A stretch of 64,000 bases of DNA from contig OY829846.1 in assembly GCA_963691875.1 (NCBI GenBank), positions 224,001-288,000 on the forward strand, in the 5' to 3' direction. The position numbers and the translations under genes are program-made. The stretch is from Aureliella sp. Lineage in GTDB: Bacteria; Planctomycetota; Planctomycetia; Pirellulales; Pirellulaceae. Positions 51,245 through 62,639 of the stretch are shown one piece after another. Below the pieces are notes generated by a model. The model saw only the letters and a program-made list of their open reading frames with translations. It did no database searches and was not told the origin of the DNA. The stretch's first letter is position 1. Each line of letters opens with the position of its first letter.

Positions 51245-51835
51245 TTAGAGGTAAGTTTCGATGTCGACAGAAACCCTTGCTACTAGTTCCCGCCATGCGT
51301 TTGCGTACACTTCTGCGGGAAAGACGACACGCTCTCCGTCGTCCCACTTCTCTAGTGTCTCGCGTCGATATTCAACGCCCATATGCTCGATAATGTTGGA
51401 TTCGTAGTCGCGAATCCATTCCAGCAATTCGATAAGCAAGGTTCCGCAAGCGTCTCTGGTGGTGGCCGATGGAGTGTGGAGTTTAGGAAGGTCACAAAGT
51501 TTCCATGGTGGTTTCTCGATCTCTGGAGAGTTCGAGAAGAGTGGCCGGAACTCGTAACGTGGCAAAAAGATTGAACCGAGGTCTTTCGCGGAAAAGATGA
51601 CGCCAAAACCGCGGAGCAGTAGGTATCTCCCCTGTGGCAAGCTTAGGCGGTAGACACTCGAGCTGTCTTTGCGTTCTGGCGGCGGTTTTGTTCGAGTGAA
51701 GCCAAGGTCCAGTAGCCAGTTTCCCTCCTGCCGCAGGATGTCACGTCCCCAACACCAGAGCTGCTGGTCGAGCAAGCATATTGCATGGGCAACAGGCTCG
51801 CTTGTATCTTGGTCATTCGAAATCGGTATTAGCAC
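51245..51835 (-). CDS. Hypothetical protein, paralog of 50338-51006
   Basis: QQLWCWGRD..EGNWL..LGF, VYRL, RGFGVIF...LGSIFL.RYEF.P, WIRDYE, EYRRE. Confidence 0.8.
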   Translation of the reverse strand: MLIPISNDQDTSEPVAHAICLLDQQLWCWGRDILRQEGNWLLDLGFTRTKPPPERKDSSSVYRLSLPQGRYLLLRGFGVIFSAKDLGSIFLPRYEFRPLFSNSPEIEKPPWKLCDLPKLHTPSATTRDACGTLLIELLEWIRDYESNIIEHMGVEYRRETLEKWDDGERVVFPAEVYANAWRELVARVSVDIETYL

Positions 51836-51855
51836 TGCTAGTTCAGGCTCAGTGA

Positions 51856-52308
51856 CTAGCTAGCAGCTGAGTCGGAACCTTCGCCTTCCGTTTCGGCGGC
51901 AGCTGTTACTGCTTCTTCCTCGTTCTGCGACCAGCCTTCGATGTGACTGTTCGTTTTCGAAAGGTCATCCAGCAAATTGCCAACATCAAGATCTTTGTTT
52001 GCCTCGAAAGTCGCGATGTGAGTTTCAGCATCGGCTTCAAACTCAGAAATGCCCTCCACTTTGGCAAGTTCTTCTTGAATCGAAGCGACGCAGCCATCGC
52101 AGCACATGTTAGGCAGCATCAATGATACGAGCTGACATTCACCATTTTCACTCAATTGCGGAGTGTAAGGAGTCGGGCCTGTTTCCTCGTTTGCCACGGC
52201 AGCAGGGATGCTTTGTGCTACTTCGGATTGTACATCGACACCGCAGCCAGAAAGGCTGAGAAAGCCGAGCGTGAGACAAGCGATCATTAGCGAGCTTGAA
52301 ATCTTCAT
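51856..52308 (-). CDS. Lipoprotein with heavy-metal-associated (HMA) domain
   Basis: AAGGAG RBS, lipobox LSGC, PNMCCDGCV..I.EEL..VEGI HMA motif. Confidence 0.85.
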   Translation of the reverse strand: MKISSSLMIACLTLGFLSLSGCGVDVQSEVAQSIPAAVANEETGPTPYTPQLSENGECQLVSLMLPNMCCDGCVASIQEELAKVEGISEFEADAETHIATFEANKDLDVGNLLDDLSKTNSHIEGWSQNEEEAVTAAAETEGEGSDSAAS

Positions 52309-52434
52309 CGAATTCTCCTTGGAAAGGCTAGAAGACAAATTGTTCCACTTCCGCTGCGGTTGTGTTGTGTGTGCGGAAGAGTGTGCAGGATGCCGAAAGT
52401 CTTGACGACTTCCGATACAAGAGTGTGACTTCGT

Positions 52435-52797
52435 TCAATCGGAATTGGGGAATCTGATCGTCGCGATATTGGCTAAGAGCCATGCGGTAGCTGCAGCCAG
52501 CTGCAACCAATCACCAGTCTTTTCGATGCCATAGGAAAAGACGCTGACTATCCAGCAAATACTGGCTACCGTTTGGCCGAGCCACTCGAGTCGCAGCATG
52601 CGTTGAATTGGACTTTTTTGTGCTTTGGATTCACTCACTTGAGATTCGGATCCACTCACTTGAGATTCTGATCCACTCACTTGAGATTCTGATTCATTTC
52701 GTAGGGACTCTGCAGTTCGATTGGCGCATGCTTGCAATTCTGTTTCAGTATCGTGTTCTAGGAGCACGTCTTCGCTCGTCGTTAGCATGTCGCACAC
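52435..52797 (-). CDS. Small membrane protein with internal tandem repeat
   Basis: Two C-terminal hydrophobic helices (LEW.GQ..AS.CW; GDWLQL.AA..W..AN); overlaps the oxidoreductase 3' end. Confidence 0.7.
   Translation of the reverse strand: MCDMLTTSEDVLLEHDTETELQACANRTAESLRNESESQVSGSESQVSGSESQVSESKAQKSPIQRMLRLEWLGQTVASICWIVSVFSYGIEKTGDWLQLAAATAWLLANIATIRFPNSD
52627..52696. repeat. 3.3 x 21-bp in-frame tandem repeat
   Basis: Unit (G/T)GAT(T/C)CACTCACTTGAGATTC encoding ESQVS(G/E)S on the minus strand. Confidence 0.9.
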
Positions 52798-53912
52798 TCC
52801 TCACCGCAGCAGGATAGGTCATCCAAGTACATACCCCATTGGCGATAAGTTTCCAGGCCTTCCGCATCGATTCCCAAGGAAGTAGCGATCGCTTTGGCGA
52901 CTACCGCGAAACGCTGGCGATACTTGTAGATAAAGCAAAATACGTGGTGGTCGTGACGTACAGCTGGACCACAAAGAAACAGTCCAGGCACAATGGTGGA
53001 CTCGTCGTTCTTGCTCAGCTCTGGAAATCCATCTCCGCGTTTTTCAAACATGTCTTCGATCAGTTTGAGGCTTCCTTCAAACCCGCCGCCGATCAGTGGT
53101 GGAGCTTTGGTTTCAAATTTTCGCCCGTCTTCCGTCGTGACTTCGTATGTCTCGCCAGCTTGGGTTACCGAAGTGACCGATGTTTCGGGAAAGAGCTCAA
53201 CGTGTGCCAAGAACCAATCTTCTCGCATTCGTTCAAGAGAGTAGGTGGAAAGAACTACGCTTGGATCTGAGCTTTCATCCTTCCAGGGACAGCCTCGCTC
53301 GAAGACTTTCGAATGTTTGTCGTAGTACGACAAATGGTAGGCGGCATCAATTCCGCTTTCGTATCCACCGATGATGATGAAGTCGTCTCCATCCAGGTCT
53401 TCGTAGCTGCCGATCGTTGCCGTATGCCGGCAAAGTTCACTTCCAGGAAAACCATTACGGTTTGGGTACTGAAACTCGCCGGCCGCCCAGATGACGTGCT
53501 TTGCCCTTAAAGTTGCATCGGGAGTATCTATCCGGAAGCTATCGCCAACTTTAGTCACCCGCAGTACATCTGTATTCTCTTGAACCGGTAGTTCGAAAAA
53601 CTCGGCCACGCCACGCAAGTGTGAGGCGAACTCTTTACCGGTTGGGTGCTCGACTTCCAAGCTGAACGCTGGCGAGACACCAATTGCGACAGAGTTCAAA
53701 TCCAGCATCCCGATCGAGTTGGTCGGGAACGAGGGCGTGATAAACCTGGTTTCTGCCGGCCAAGCATCAAAGGATGCACCAACGGTTCTGCGATCGAGCA
53801 CCACAAAGTTTTCGATTCCAGCATGCCGTAGCGTTACACCGACTCCGACTCCGGCAGCTCCGCCGCCAACGACCACAACGTCATATTCTGTGATCAGGTT
53901 ATCGTTGCTCAT
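52782..53912 (-). CDS. NAD(P)/FAD-dependent oxidoreductase with Cys-rich C-terminus
   Basis: VVGGGAAG, ITPSF, IWAAGEFQYP, IGGYESGID, FCFIYKYRQRF, tail DDLSCCGEECATC. Confidence 0.88.
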   Translation of the reverse strand: MSNDNLITEYDVVVVGGGAAGVGVGVTLRHAGIENFVVLDRRTVGASFDAWPAETRFITPSFPTNSIGMLDLNSVAIGVSPAFSLEVEHPTGKEFASHLRGVAEFFELPVQENTDVLRVTKVGDSFRIDTPDATLRAKHVIWAAGEFQYPNRNGFPGSELCRHTATIGSYEDLDGDDFIIIGGYESGIDAAYHLSYYDKHSKVFERGCPWKDESSDPSVVLSTYSLERMREDWFLAHVELFPETSVTSVTQAGETYEVTTEDGRKFETKAPPLIGGGFEGSLKLIEDMFEKRGDGFPELSKNDESTIVPGLFLCGPAVRHDHHVFCFIYKYRQRFAVVAKAIATSLGIDAEGLETYRQWGMYLDDLSCCGEECATC

Positions 53913-55162
53913 CAGAAAAGCTCCTCTGGCTCAAGTTCAATCTTGGGCAATGGATCGTCGAAACGAGACCAAAGTTGCGGGCCTTGGACGTACTCCAATT
54001 CGGTGACAAGGCATTGGTCGAGCATTTCTTCCACTCGTTGCCGTTCAAGGCTCTGCCCGATAAAGACCAACTCTTGGTGACGATCTCCATGCTCACCGAG
54101 GAAACGAGAGCGGATCTCGGCGATTGCTTCCTCCTCGGTTGGCCATTCTTCCTCTGGGGCGGCAGCCCACCAGTAGCCGGCGGGATCCAAGCGAATGGAG
54201 CAGCCAGCTTGTGACCAGTCGTAAGCCCAGTCATGTCGAGATCCGATCCACATCAAACCCTTGCTTCGGAGGACACCCGCCAGCACGCCGTGGTCCATTT
54301 CCTGACTAAGCACGTCAGCCAACCGTTTGGGATGAAACGGACGCTCACGGCGATAAACGAAACTGGAAATTCCGTACTCTTCCGTCTCTATTTCTTCTTG
54401 CCCACGCGGCACAGCCAACCACTGTGGATTCGCTTCTGCCTCTTCGAGTTGGAATCTGCCGGTGCCCAAGACATCGGATAAAAGTACCTGACTCTCTTTA
54501 GAGTGCAGGATTTTTGCTCTAGGATTGAGCCGCTTGATGATCTGGTTCAGCTGCTCGAGCTCGTAAGGGGAAGCAAGATCCGTTTTGTTGATGATGACGA
54601 CGTTGGCGAATTCAATTTGGTCAACCAAAAGATCGACGATATTCCGTTGGTCTTCGTCATTGATTCCCATTTGACGATCGGTTAGATCATCCCAGGAGCC
54701 GAAGTCATTCATGAAGTTGCCGGCGTCAACGACCGTTACCATCGTGTCGAGGTTAGCAAGCTGCGAAAGGCTGTTGCCTTTTTCGTCTTCGAAAGTGAAG
54801 GTCTCTGCTACGGGCAATGGCTCACTGATACCAGTAGACTCAATTAACAAATAGTCAAACTTGTCGGCTCTAGCTAGCCTAGCTACCTCGATCAAAAGAT
54901 CTTCGCGAAGCGTGCAACAAATGCAGCCATTCGTCATTTCGACCAGCTGTTCCTCCGTCCTTGATAGATCGGCACCTCCATCGCGGACCAATGCTGCGTC
55001 AATGTTGACTTCGCTCATGTCGTTGACGATAACCGCAACACGCAGGCCCTCTCGATTGGCGAGGACATGGTTGAGGAGAGTGGTTTTTCCTGCACCCAGA
55101 AATCCGCTCAATACCGTAACCGGCAGGCGGTGCTTGGAAGTCGGAAATTTGGACTGGTTCAT
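53912..55162 (-). CDS. COG0523 (CobW/ZigA/YciC-like) G3E metallochaperone GTPase
   Basis: [45 protein letters not shown], CobW_C-type QELVFIG. Confidence 0.96.
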   Translation of the reverse strand: MNQSKFPTSKHRLPVTVLSGFLGAGKTTLLNHVLANREGLRVAVIVNDMSEVNIDAALVRDGGADLSRTEEQLVEMTNGCICCTLREDLLIEVARLARADKFDYLLIESTGISEPLPVAETFTFEDEKGNSLSQLANLDTMVTVVDAGNFMNDFGSWDDLTDRQMGINDEDQRNIVDLLVDQIEFANVVIINKTDLASPYELEQLNQIIKRLNPRAKILHSKESQVLLSDVLGTGRFQLEEAEANPQWLAVPRGQEEIETEEYGISSFVYRRERPFHPKRLADVLSQEMDHGVLAGVLRSKGLMWIGSRHDWAYDWSQAGCSIRLDPAGYWWAAAPEEEWPTEEEAIAEIRSRFLGEHGDRHQELVFIGQSLERQRVEEMLDQCLVTELEYVQGPQLWSRFDDPLPKIELEPEELF

Positions 55163-55253
55163 GTTTGACCCTAGAAACAATCGCTGAAATGATAGCTCCC
55201 TAGGGCAAACTTCAATTGATCCAGGGATTTATATTGATATTTCACAATTAAAC

Positions 55254-55280
55254 TACAGTTGCAAAACGACTGCAACTGCA
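55254..55280. promoter_or_regulatory. Putative Fur/Zur operator palindrome in divergent promoter
   Basis: CAGTTGCA-AAACGAC-TGCAACTG (perfect 8-bp arms, 55256-55278) in an AT-rich spacer between the GTPase and Fur genes. Confidence 0.7.
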
Positions 55281-55418
55281 TAAATTGGTTATTTGGCGTT
55301 TTCGCAGCAGCAAAAAGCAACGGCTGGAGAGCAACGCCTGGAGATTTACCGTGGTTCGGACGTCAAGGTAGAGCGGCTAGCACGGCTCATGAAAATTTCT
55401 TAAAAAGCCGACACTTCA

Positions 55419-55841
55419 ATGGACGACAGTCAACTCCTGGCCAGAAACAAGATTCGGGCAGCTGGCCTGAGAGCCACTCCAGCCCGAGTTGCAACATTTT
55501 GCGTTCTAACGAAGTCGCATATGCCGCTGACTCACGCAGAGGTCACAGATGCATTGCGAGAATCGGGTTTCGACAAAGCGACGATTTTTCGAAACCTGAC
55601 CGACATGGCTGCCGCAAAACTTTTACGTCGTTCAGAGCTCGGCGATCACGTATGGAGATTTGAGCTTATCCATGAATCCGAGCAGGAGGGGCTCGTTCAT
55701 CCTCATTTTGTTTGCGTCGACTGCGGTACAGTTTCCTGTGCAGAAGAAATTGAGCTGTCGCCGAAAAGTATGTCCGCGAGCCTGGCTCTTGGTGAGGTAA
55801 CAGAGATCCTGTTGCGTGGGCATTGCAGCGACTGCGTTTAA
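55419..55841 (+). CDS. Fur-family transcriptional regulator (Zur-like by context)
   Basis: GLRATPAR, ATIFRNL, HPHFVCVDCG, GHCSDC. Confidence 0.93.
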   Translation: MDDSQLLARNKIRAAGLRATPARVATFCVLTKSHMPLTHAEVTDALRESGFDKATIFRNLTDMAAAKLLRRSELGDHVWRFELIHESEQEGLVHPHFVCVDCGTVSCAEEIELSPKSMSASLALGEVTEILLRGHCSDCV

Positions 55842-56069
55842 ACCTCTAGCGAAATTACTGGTAGATCGCAAGCGCTCTTAAGAAGGAAGATACCCCGCGT
55901 GAGAGAGTGGTTTTGCCCGCCAACCACGGCGGCAATTCGTTCCATGCTAAACTTTCTTATCCTCGAGCAGTTTGACTCTTGGCTCGAACCGGACGGGAAG
56001 CGACAGATAAAGTCTGAACTTCTCGCTATGTGAAATCCCTCCGCCGTGCGCCCGCGGCTGGAAATAGCG

Positions 56070-59000
56070 ATGCATCGATTTCTGTCATTACTTATCTTCG
56101 CCTCGATATCGCTGCTTTCCAATCCAGGACAAGGAGGAGAAGCTCGACCGAATGTTCTGTTTATCGCTGTGGACGATCTGCGGCCCGAGCTAGGTTGCTA
56201 CGGTGCAAAGCATATTCATAGTCCCAACATCGATCGTCTGGCGGCCAGTGGGCGACTCTTCGAAGGTGCTTACTGCCAACAGGCTGTCTGCAATCCGTCG
56301 CGTACGAGTATGATGACCGGCATGCGTCCGGATTCGATCGGCGTGACAGGAAATCACTCGCACTTTCGGACCAAGCATCCGAACGTCGTAACCTTGCCGC
56401 AGCATTTCAAGAATCACGGCTATCATGCTGCCGCGATCGGCAAAATCTACCACGGCGTTTTTCCAGATGGCGCGAGTAGCACAAAGTGGGATACGATGGG
56501 CGATCCAGAGAGTTGGTCAGAACCCGCCCTTCGCTTCGGACCACGGTATTATTACACAGAGGAAGGCGTTGCGGCAGCGAAAGAAGTCTACCGTCGCATG
56601 TACAAACGTGAGAACCCTGAGCCAGACGAATGGACGAGGAAGCTGGTTTTTGGGCCAGCGACTGAGGCACCCGATGTTCCTGACAGCAGACTGTACGACG
56701 GTAAAGTTGCTGATGCAGCTGTCCGCAAGATTCGGGAACTCAGCGAGAGGAATCAACCTTTTTTTCTTGCCGTGGGATTTATCAAACCCCATTCGCCTTA
56801 TATTGCACCGAAGAAGTATTTTGATCTCTACAGTGCTGTTGAATTGCCGGCGCCGAAAGAGTTTCCGTCCGAGACTCCCCGCTTAGCAGGCCACGCTTCG
56901 GGGGAGTTGCGACGTTATACGGACCAGCCGAAAAAAGGTGTGTTCCCGGAGCAGAATCAAATTCGCGTTCGCAGGGCGTACTTTGCCTGTGTGAGTTACA
57001 TCGATGCTCAAATTGGAAAGGTACTCGACGGCCTCGAACATCATGGTCTGGATGAGAACACGATTGTTGTACTTGTGGGCGATCACGGATACCACCTTGG
57101 CGAACAGGGGCTCTGGGGAAAGACCACCAACTTCGAACTGGATACTCGTGTGCCTTTGATTGTTCACTTTGCTGGAATGGAAGCGGAAGGACAACGGAGC
57201 TCTTCGCTCGTCGAGTTGATCGATCTTTACCCCACACTTACAGAACTTGCCGGCTTGCCAAAGTCCGATCGGTTGCAAGGGAAGAGTTTCGTGCCGGTTC
57301 TAGTCGATCCTTTACGCGAAACGAAAAGCGAGGTGTTGAGTCAGTATCCTCGCGGCGGCGCCCGTATGGGTTATTCCATGCGTACGAGAGAGCATCGCCT
57401 TACACATTGGGTGGATTCAAAAACGGGGAAGATACAAGAGACAGAGCTCTACGAGTATTCGGCCGGGCTCGTTGAGCGGAAGAATCTTGCGCATGTGTTC
57501 CCTGAGGTTGTACAGAGATTAACACCAGCTTTGATCTCGCTCGCTGGTCTCAAAGCTCCTATGTCTGATCTCAAGGTAGATACAGCCGAAGTAAATGATG
57601 GTAAGCCGTTCTCGACCAGTTTTGAGTCTGAGGCAGTCGGCGTATATGATACCCTCGTTACCGCGGTCGGTAGTTTTGTTACCACAGCGGGAACAAGCAC
57701 CGTTGATGACAAGCATGCGAAGACGGGAAATCAATGTTTGCAGTTGATGGGCGGCGAGCGAACCAGCGTTACGCTGCATCTTACCGATGAGGTGGACACA
57801 AGTGGCGAAATGATTTTCTGGGCAGAGCGTTGGACGCGTCGAGAGCCTTTCTCATTTCGCATCGAAAAGATGTCCGATGGTGATTGGGAAGAAGTCTTTA
57901 ACGGCGATCGAACAGTCCGAGTGGGACGCGCTTTTCTTTCTCAAGTGAAGGTTCCGCTGGGGGATCCACGAATCAAGCAGCTGCGTTTCACGGTAACGAG
58001 CCCCCAGAACACAGGGGTGCTTCTGGACGACTTGCGGTTCGCGGCCGCCCGGCCACAGAGGCTCGTGTCTGTAGAGTCTATTCCCACCACGATTCCTGCT
58101 TTGATCGGAAGCGATGCGAGTCCACTTCTCAAGCTGAAGATTGTCACGGAAGGCAGCTTAAAGCCAATTGCATTGTCATCGTTGGATTTTAAGCTCATTC
58201 ACGAGCGGGGTGATGTCGAGTCAGCCCAAGTGTTCTATGGAGGTAACAGTGATCGTTTTAAGGATGCAAAGCCCTCGGGGGATCCCCTCCTTGTCCGCGA
58301 GTTTCCCCAAGCCAGTTCGAAGAATCGCTCTGGCAAGCTTTCCGTTTCGCTTGAGCAAATGCTTTCGGAGGGAGAGAACTATGTGTGGATTGCTTGTCGG
58401 CTAAACAAGAGTGCTGACCTCGACCATTCGGTGGGAGCCAGTTGTTCACTGGTCACTTTTTCTGACGGCAAAAGCAGCGAAATAGAAAACTCGTGCTCGT
58501 AGCGCCTCGGTGTCGCTATGCGGACAGGTGGAGATGATGGCGTTCACACCTTTCGTATTCCAGGGTTAGCGACGACCGGCAAAGGCACTTTGATTGGAGT
58601 CTACGATGTGCGCCGGAGAAGTGGCGGTGATCTTCCAGGTGACATCGACGTTGGCATGTCTCGCTCAACAGACGGTGGATGTACCTGGGAACCGATGAAG
58701 GTCATCATGGACATGGGAGATGATCCCAGCTGGCGGTATGACGGAATTGGTGATCCAGCTGTTTTAGTCGACAGCAAAACCGGCACGATTTGGGTGGCAG
58801 CGACTTGGAGCCACGGGAATCGATCCTGGGTTGGTTCTGGTCCAGGTCTGCAGCCGGAAGAGACTGGCCAGCTGATGTTGGTGAGAAGTGACGATGATGG
58901 TGTCACTTGGTCGAAACCAATCAACATCACCAAGCAGGTCAAGAAGCCCGAGTGGTGTTTCATACTACAAGGCCCAGGCAAGGGGATCACGATGCGTGAC

Positions 59001-62000
59001 GGAACGATTGTGTTTGCCGCACAGTACCAAGATCCGCCGAACGCTGGAGACAAACGTGCGCACCGACTCCCGCACTCGACCATCATCTACTCTAAGGATC
59101 ACGGTGAGACGTGGTAGGTTGGGACGGGGGCTTTCGATGACACAACCGAAGCACAAGTCGTTGAGATCGAACCGGGCGTGTTGATGCTCAACTGCCGCTA
59201 TAACCGTAAGCCAGCGCGAGTGGTGATGACGACGGGTGACATTGGCAAGACTTGGAAGCGGCATACAACTTCTGAACGCTCGTTAATTGAGCCAGGCGCA
59301 TGCATGGCAAGCTTGATTGACGTTGATCAGGAAGTCGGCAAAGAGATGGGAGGGTGGCTTCTCTTCTCCAATCCGGACAGTCTGCGAGGACGAAATCATC
59401 TCACCATAAAAGCGTCGTCTGACCGAGGTTTGACATGGCCCAAGCAGCATCGCCTTTTGCTCGATGAAGAAAGCAGTGCTGGCTATTCCTGCATGTCGAT
59501 GATCGATGCGGAGACGGTCGGGATCTTGTACGAGGGCAGTCAGGCGCACATGACGTTTCAGCGGATTCCGCTCAATCACATTGTTGGTAAACGGCCTGAG
59601 GGCAACGCAAAGCAGAGTAATTTACCTCGTGATCGTTCCGCGACTGGGGCGGGAGCGATGCTTTCTTCAAAGAAGCTCAAGTTACCGTTAGTTTTCAGTG
59701 ACCATATGGTGATGCAAGCTGAAGCGAAGATTCCAGTTTGGGGGCAGGCTGAACCCGGCGCATTGGTCTCAGTGACACTGGGCAAAGAAAACCGAGTTGT
59801 CACAACGGATGAGGATGGCAGGTGGAAGACTCGGATGTCGGCTTGTGCAAGTAGTTCAACGCCAACTATTTTAACTGTCGAGTCGAACGGTGAGCAGCTT
59901 CAGTTCTCGGATGTATTAATCGGTGAAGTCTGGGTTTGCGCTGGACAATCCAACATGGAATGGCCATTGGTTCAATCTGCGAGTGGAATGGCAGAGCTTC
60001 AGCGTCTGAAGCAAAACATTGATGATGACATCGCTTCAGAGCATACGATGCCCCTTCGTCTGCTCCATCTTGTGGGCGCCGCTCGTGGCAGTTCTGGCAG
60101 CTACGCGTCAGAACATCTCGATCGACTCGTGACAGACGCGTTTTGCACGGGGAGCTGGAAGGTTGCGAGTTCGGAATCAGCTCGGGAGTTTTCTGCAGTG
60201 GCTTGGTACTTCGGGCGGCGAGTGCAAGAGAAGTTGGACGTGCCGGTGGGGCTAATATGTACTGCAATGGGAGGTACTCCGGCCGAGGCATGGATTTCGC
60301 AGGAAGCACTTCGAGCCGACCCAGAGCTCAGCGGTATGGTTGCAGGTAGTTGGCTCGACAATTCGAAGCTTGGTGAATTCTGTAGAACTCGGGGCGAACA
60401 AAACCTGCTGAGGGCCATGCAAGAAGGCGACGAGATTCCTGGCGACGAGTTTGGACCCAATCATTCTTTCAAGCCTGGGTTCATGTGGGAAGCTGGAATC
60501 AAGCCGTTGATTCCTTATGCCATCCGGGGAGTGATCTGGTATCAGGGAGAATCGAATGCCGAGACAGCCGAACGCGTTACTCAGCACAGCCGCTTGTTTC
60601 CACTGCTGATACAGCAGTGGCGCGCAGGCTGGGAACAAGGTGACTTTCCTTTTCTGTGCGTCCAGCTTCCCGCGATCAACCGGACTGAGTGGCCGTTCTT
60701 TCGTGAAACCCAGCGTCGAGCGTTGGAGCAGGCTGAAAATGTAGGCATAGCGATCACGATTGATACAGGTGAAGCAAGGAATGTGCATCCGAAATTGAAG
60801 AAGCCGATCGGGGAACGTCTGGCGAAGTGGGCTTTAGGCACAACCTACCGATCTAAGGAACATGCCACTTACTCGGGGCCACTGTACGACGGATTCACTC
60901 GTAAAGGTTCATCGCTATTTGTGCGTTTCAAACATGCAGGCGAGGGCTTGAAGTCCTCGAATGGCAAGCCGTTGCGGCACTTCGAAGTGTGCGGAGCCGA
61001 CGATGTGTTTCACCCGGCCAAAGCGGCAATCCATAGCGCGGACACGGTTGAGATCACCAGTGCGTCTGTCGGCGACCCGCAGCACGTACGCTACGCTTGG
61101 TTGCCTTTTCCAAGCCCAAATGTCAATCTCTTCAACAGCGAAGATCTGCCGGCCTCTCCCTTCTCCACAGAAACGGAGGAGGAGCTCTTTGTACGACAGT
61201 TTGCTGCTACTGATAGGGATTGCCCCAACGTTCTTTTCATCGTTTCTGAAGATAACAGTCCGCATCTTGGATGTTACGGCGAACACCTTGTTTACACTCC
61301 GAATTTGGACGCTTTGGCAAAGGCTGGAATTCGCTACACAGGAGCGTATGTTCCCTATTCTGTATGCAGTCCTTCTCGTGCGGCGTTCTTGACGGGACTG
61401 TACACGCGGCAGACTGGGCACATCGGGTTGGCGACGCACCGCTTCTCCATGTTTCGTGATTTCAAGACGATGCCAGCCTATTTCCAGCAGGCAGGCTACT
61501 ACACTGGCTTCCTCGGAAAGACGCATGTGAACCCGGAACGGCTGGTCGAGGAATTTGTTGATCACCGCGCGATTCGGAATTCTAACTTTGGCAATACGAT
61601 CAGCATTGAGAACTACGCCGAAGAAGCTCATGTGGTAATGAAGAAGGCGGCCAAGCAAAAGAAGCCATTCCTGCTGATCATGAATTACGCCGATGCGCAT
61701 CGGAAGTTTGTTGCGAAGTCAAAGCATGGCTTTCCGACTCGGCAATTGGCAGATCCCATTGAACCGTTTCGGTGGATTGGCTCTGACTCGCCGCACTTGC
61801 GTGAAGAGATCCGCGACTATTTCAATTGCATAAATCGTCTAGACCAAGGCATTGGTATGATGCTTGATAGACTCGAAATGGTGGGTGCCAAGGAGAATAC
61901 TTTAATCGTCTATATCAGCGATCACGGCGCCGACTTTCCACGCGGGAAAGGAAGCATTTACGAGAACGGAACAAGGATCCCGATGATCGTGAACTTCCCC

Positions 62001-62606
62001 AAACAGGTTTCTAGCGGCAAGGTTGAATCGGGCTTGGTGTCGACCATCGATATTCTGCCCACGGTGCTTCGTGCGGCCAGCCTTCCGATTCCGCCAGAGT
62101 TGCCGGGAATGTCGCTACAGGATCTCGACGCTGGCAGGCGAGCTCCGCGAAAGTACATTCATACGTTTACGACCGGATCTTCACCCAACCTTCTGTACAC
62201 GCAATTCGGAATCCGCGATGAGCGGTTCAAGTTGGTTTACAACCCAGATCGCGCGCTCAATCGATTGGCTCTTTCGCGATACAAAAACAGCAACTTGCCG
62301 GAAGACCAGCAAGTCCAAGCGTTTCTACACCCGCCAGAGTACGAGCTGTTTGACCTCAATGAAGATCCGTATGAGTGGAAGAACCTCGCGGAAAGCGACG
62401 GGCATCAGCAAACTCGCAAGCGTTTGCTCGGAGCGATGAAGGCGTTTCAGAGCGAGATCAAAGATCCATTCTTAGAAGAATCGAACCTTGATAGGTTCAT
62501 TGCTGAGCAGAAAGAGTACCAAAACAAGACTTACAAGAATCCCGGATTTCGGTGGCCGCATCTTGATTTGTTTCAAGCAGCTCAGAGGGCGGGAATTGAG
62601 CAATAA
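56070..62606 (+). pseudogene. Multidomain sulfatase - accessory beta domains - GH33 sialidase - sialate O-acetylesterase - sulfatase; single frame with two in-frame TAG stops (58500-02, 59115-17)
   Basis: ORFs 56046, 58518 and 59178 share one frame. CNPSR sulfatase; FRIP and Asp-boxes (STDGGCTW, SDDDGVTW, SKDHGETW, TGDIGKTW, SSDRGLTW) span both stops; GQSN/YQGESN/HP SGNH esterase; CSPSR sulfatase. Confidence 0.85.
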
Positions 62607-62639
62607 TCATTATGGCATCCGCGTTGGTGATTACAGATT

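Noticed and set aside
52627..52696. CRISPR array
   Set aside because: Spacerless in-frame coding tandem repeat.
56070..62606. Genome-wide TAG reassignment (alternative genetic code)
   Set aside because: TAG terminates genes at their expected family C-termini (15587, 24783, 47290), and other broken genes have TAA/TGA stops and frameshifts.
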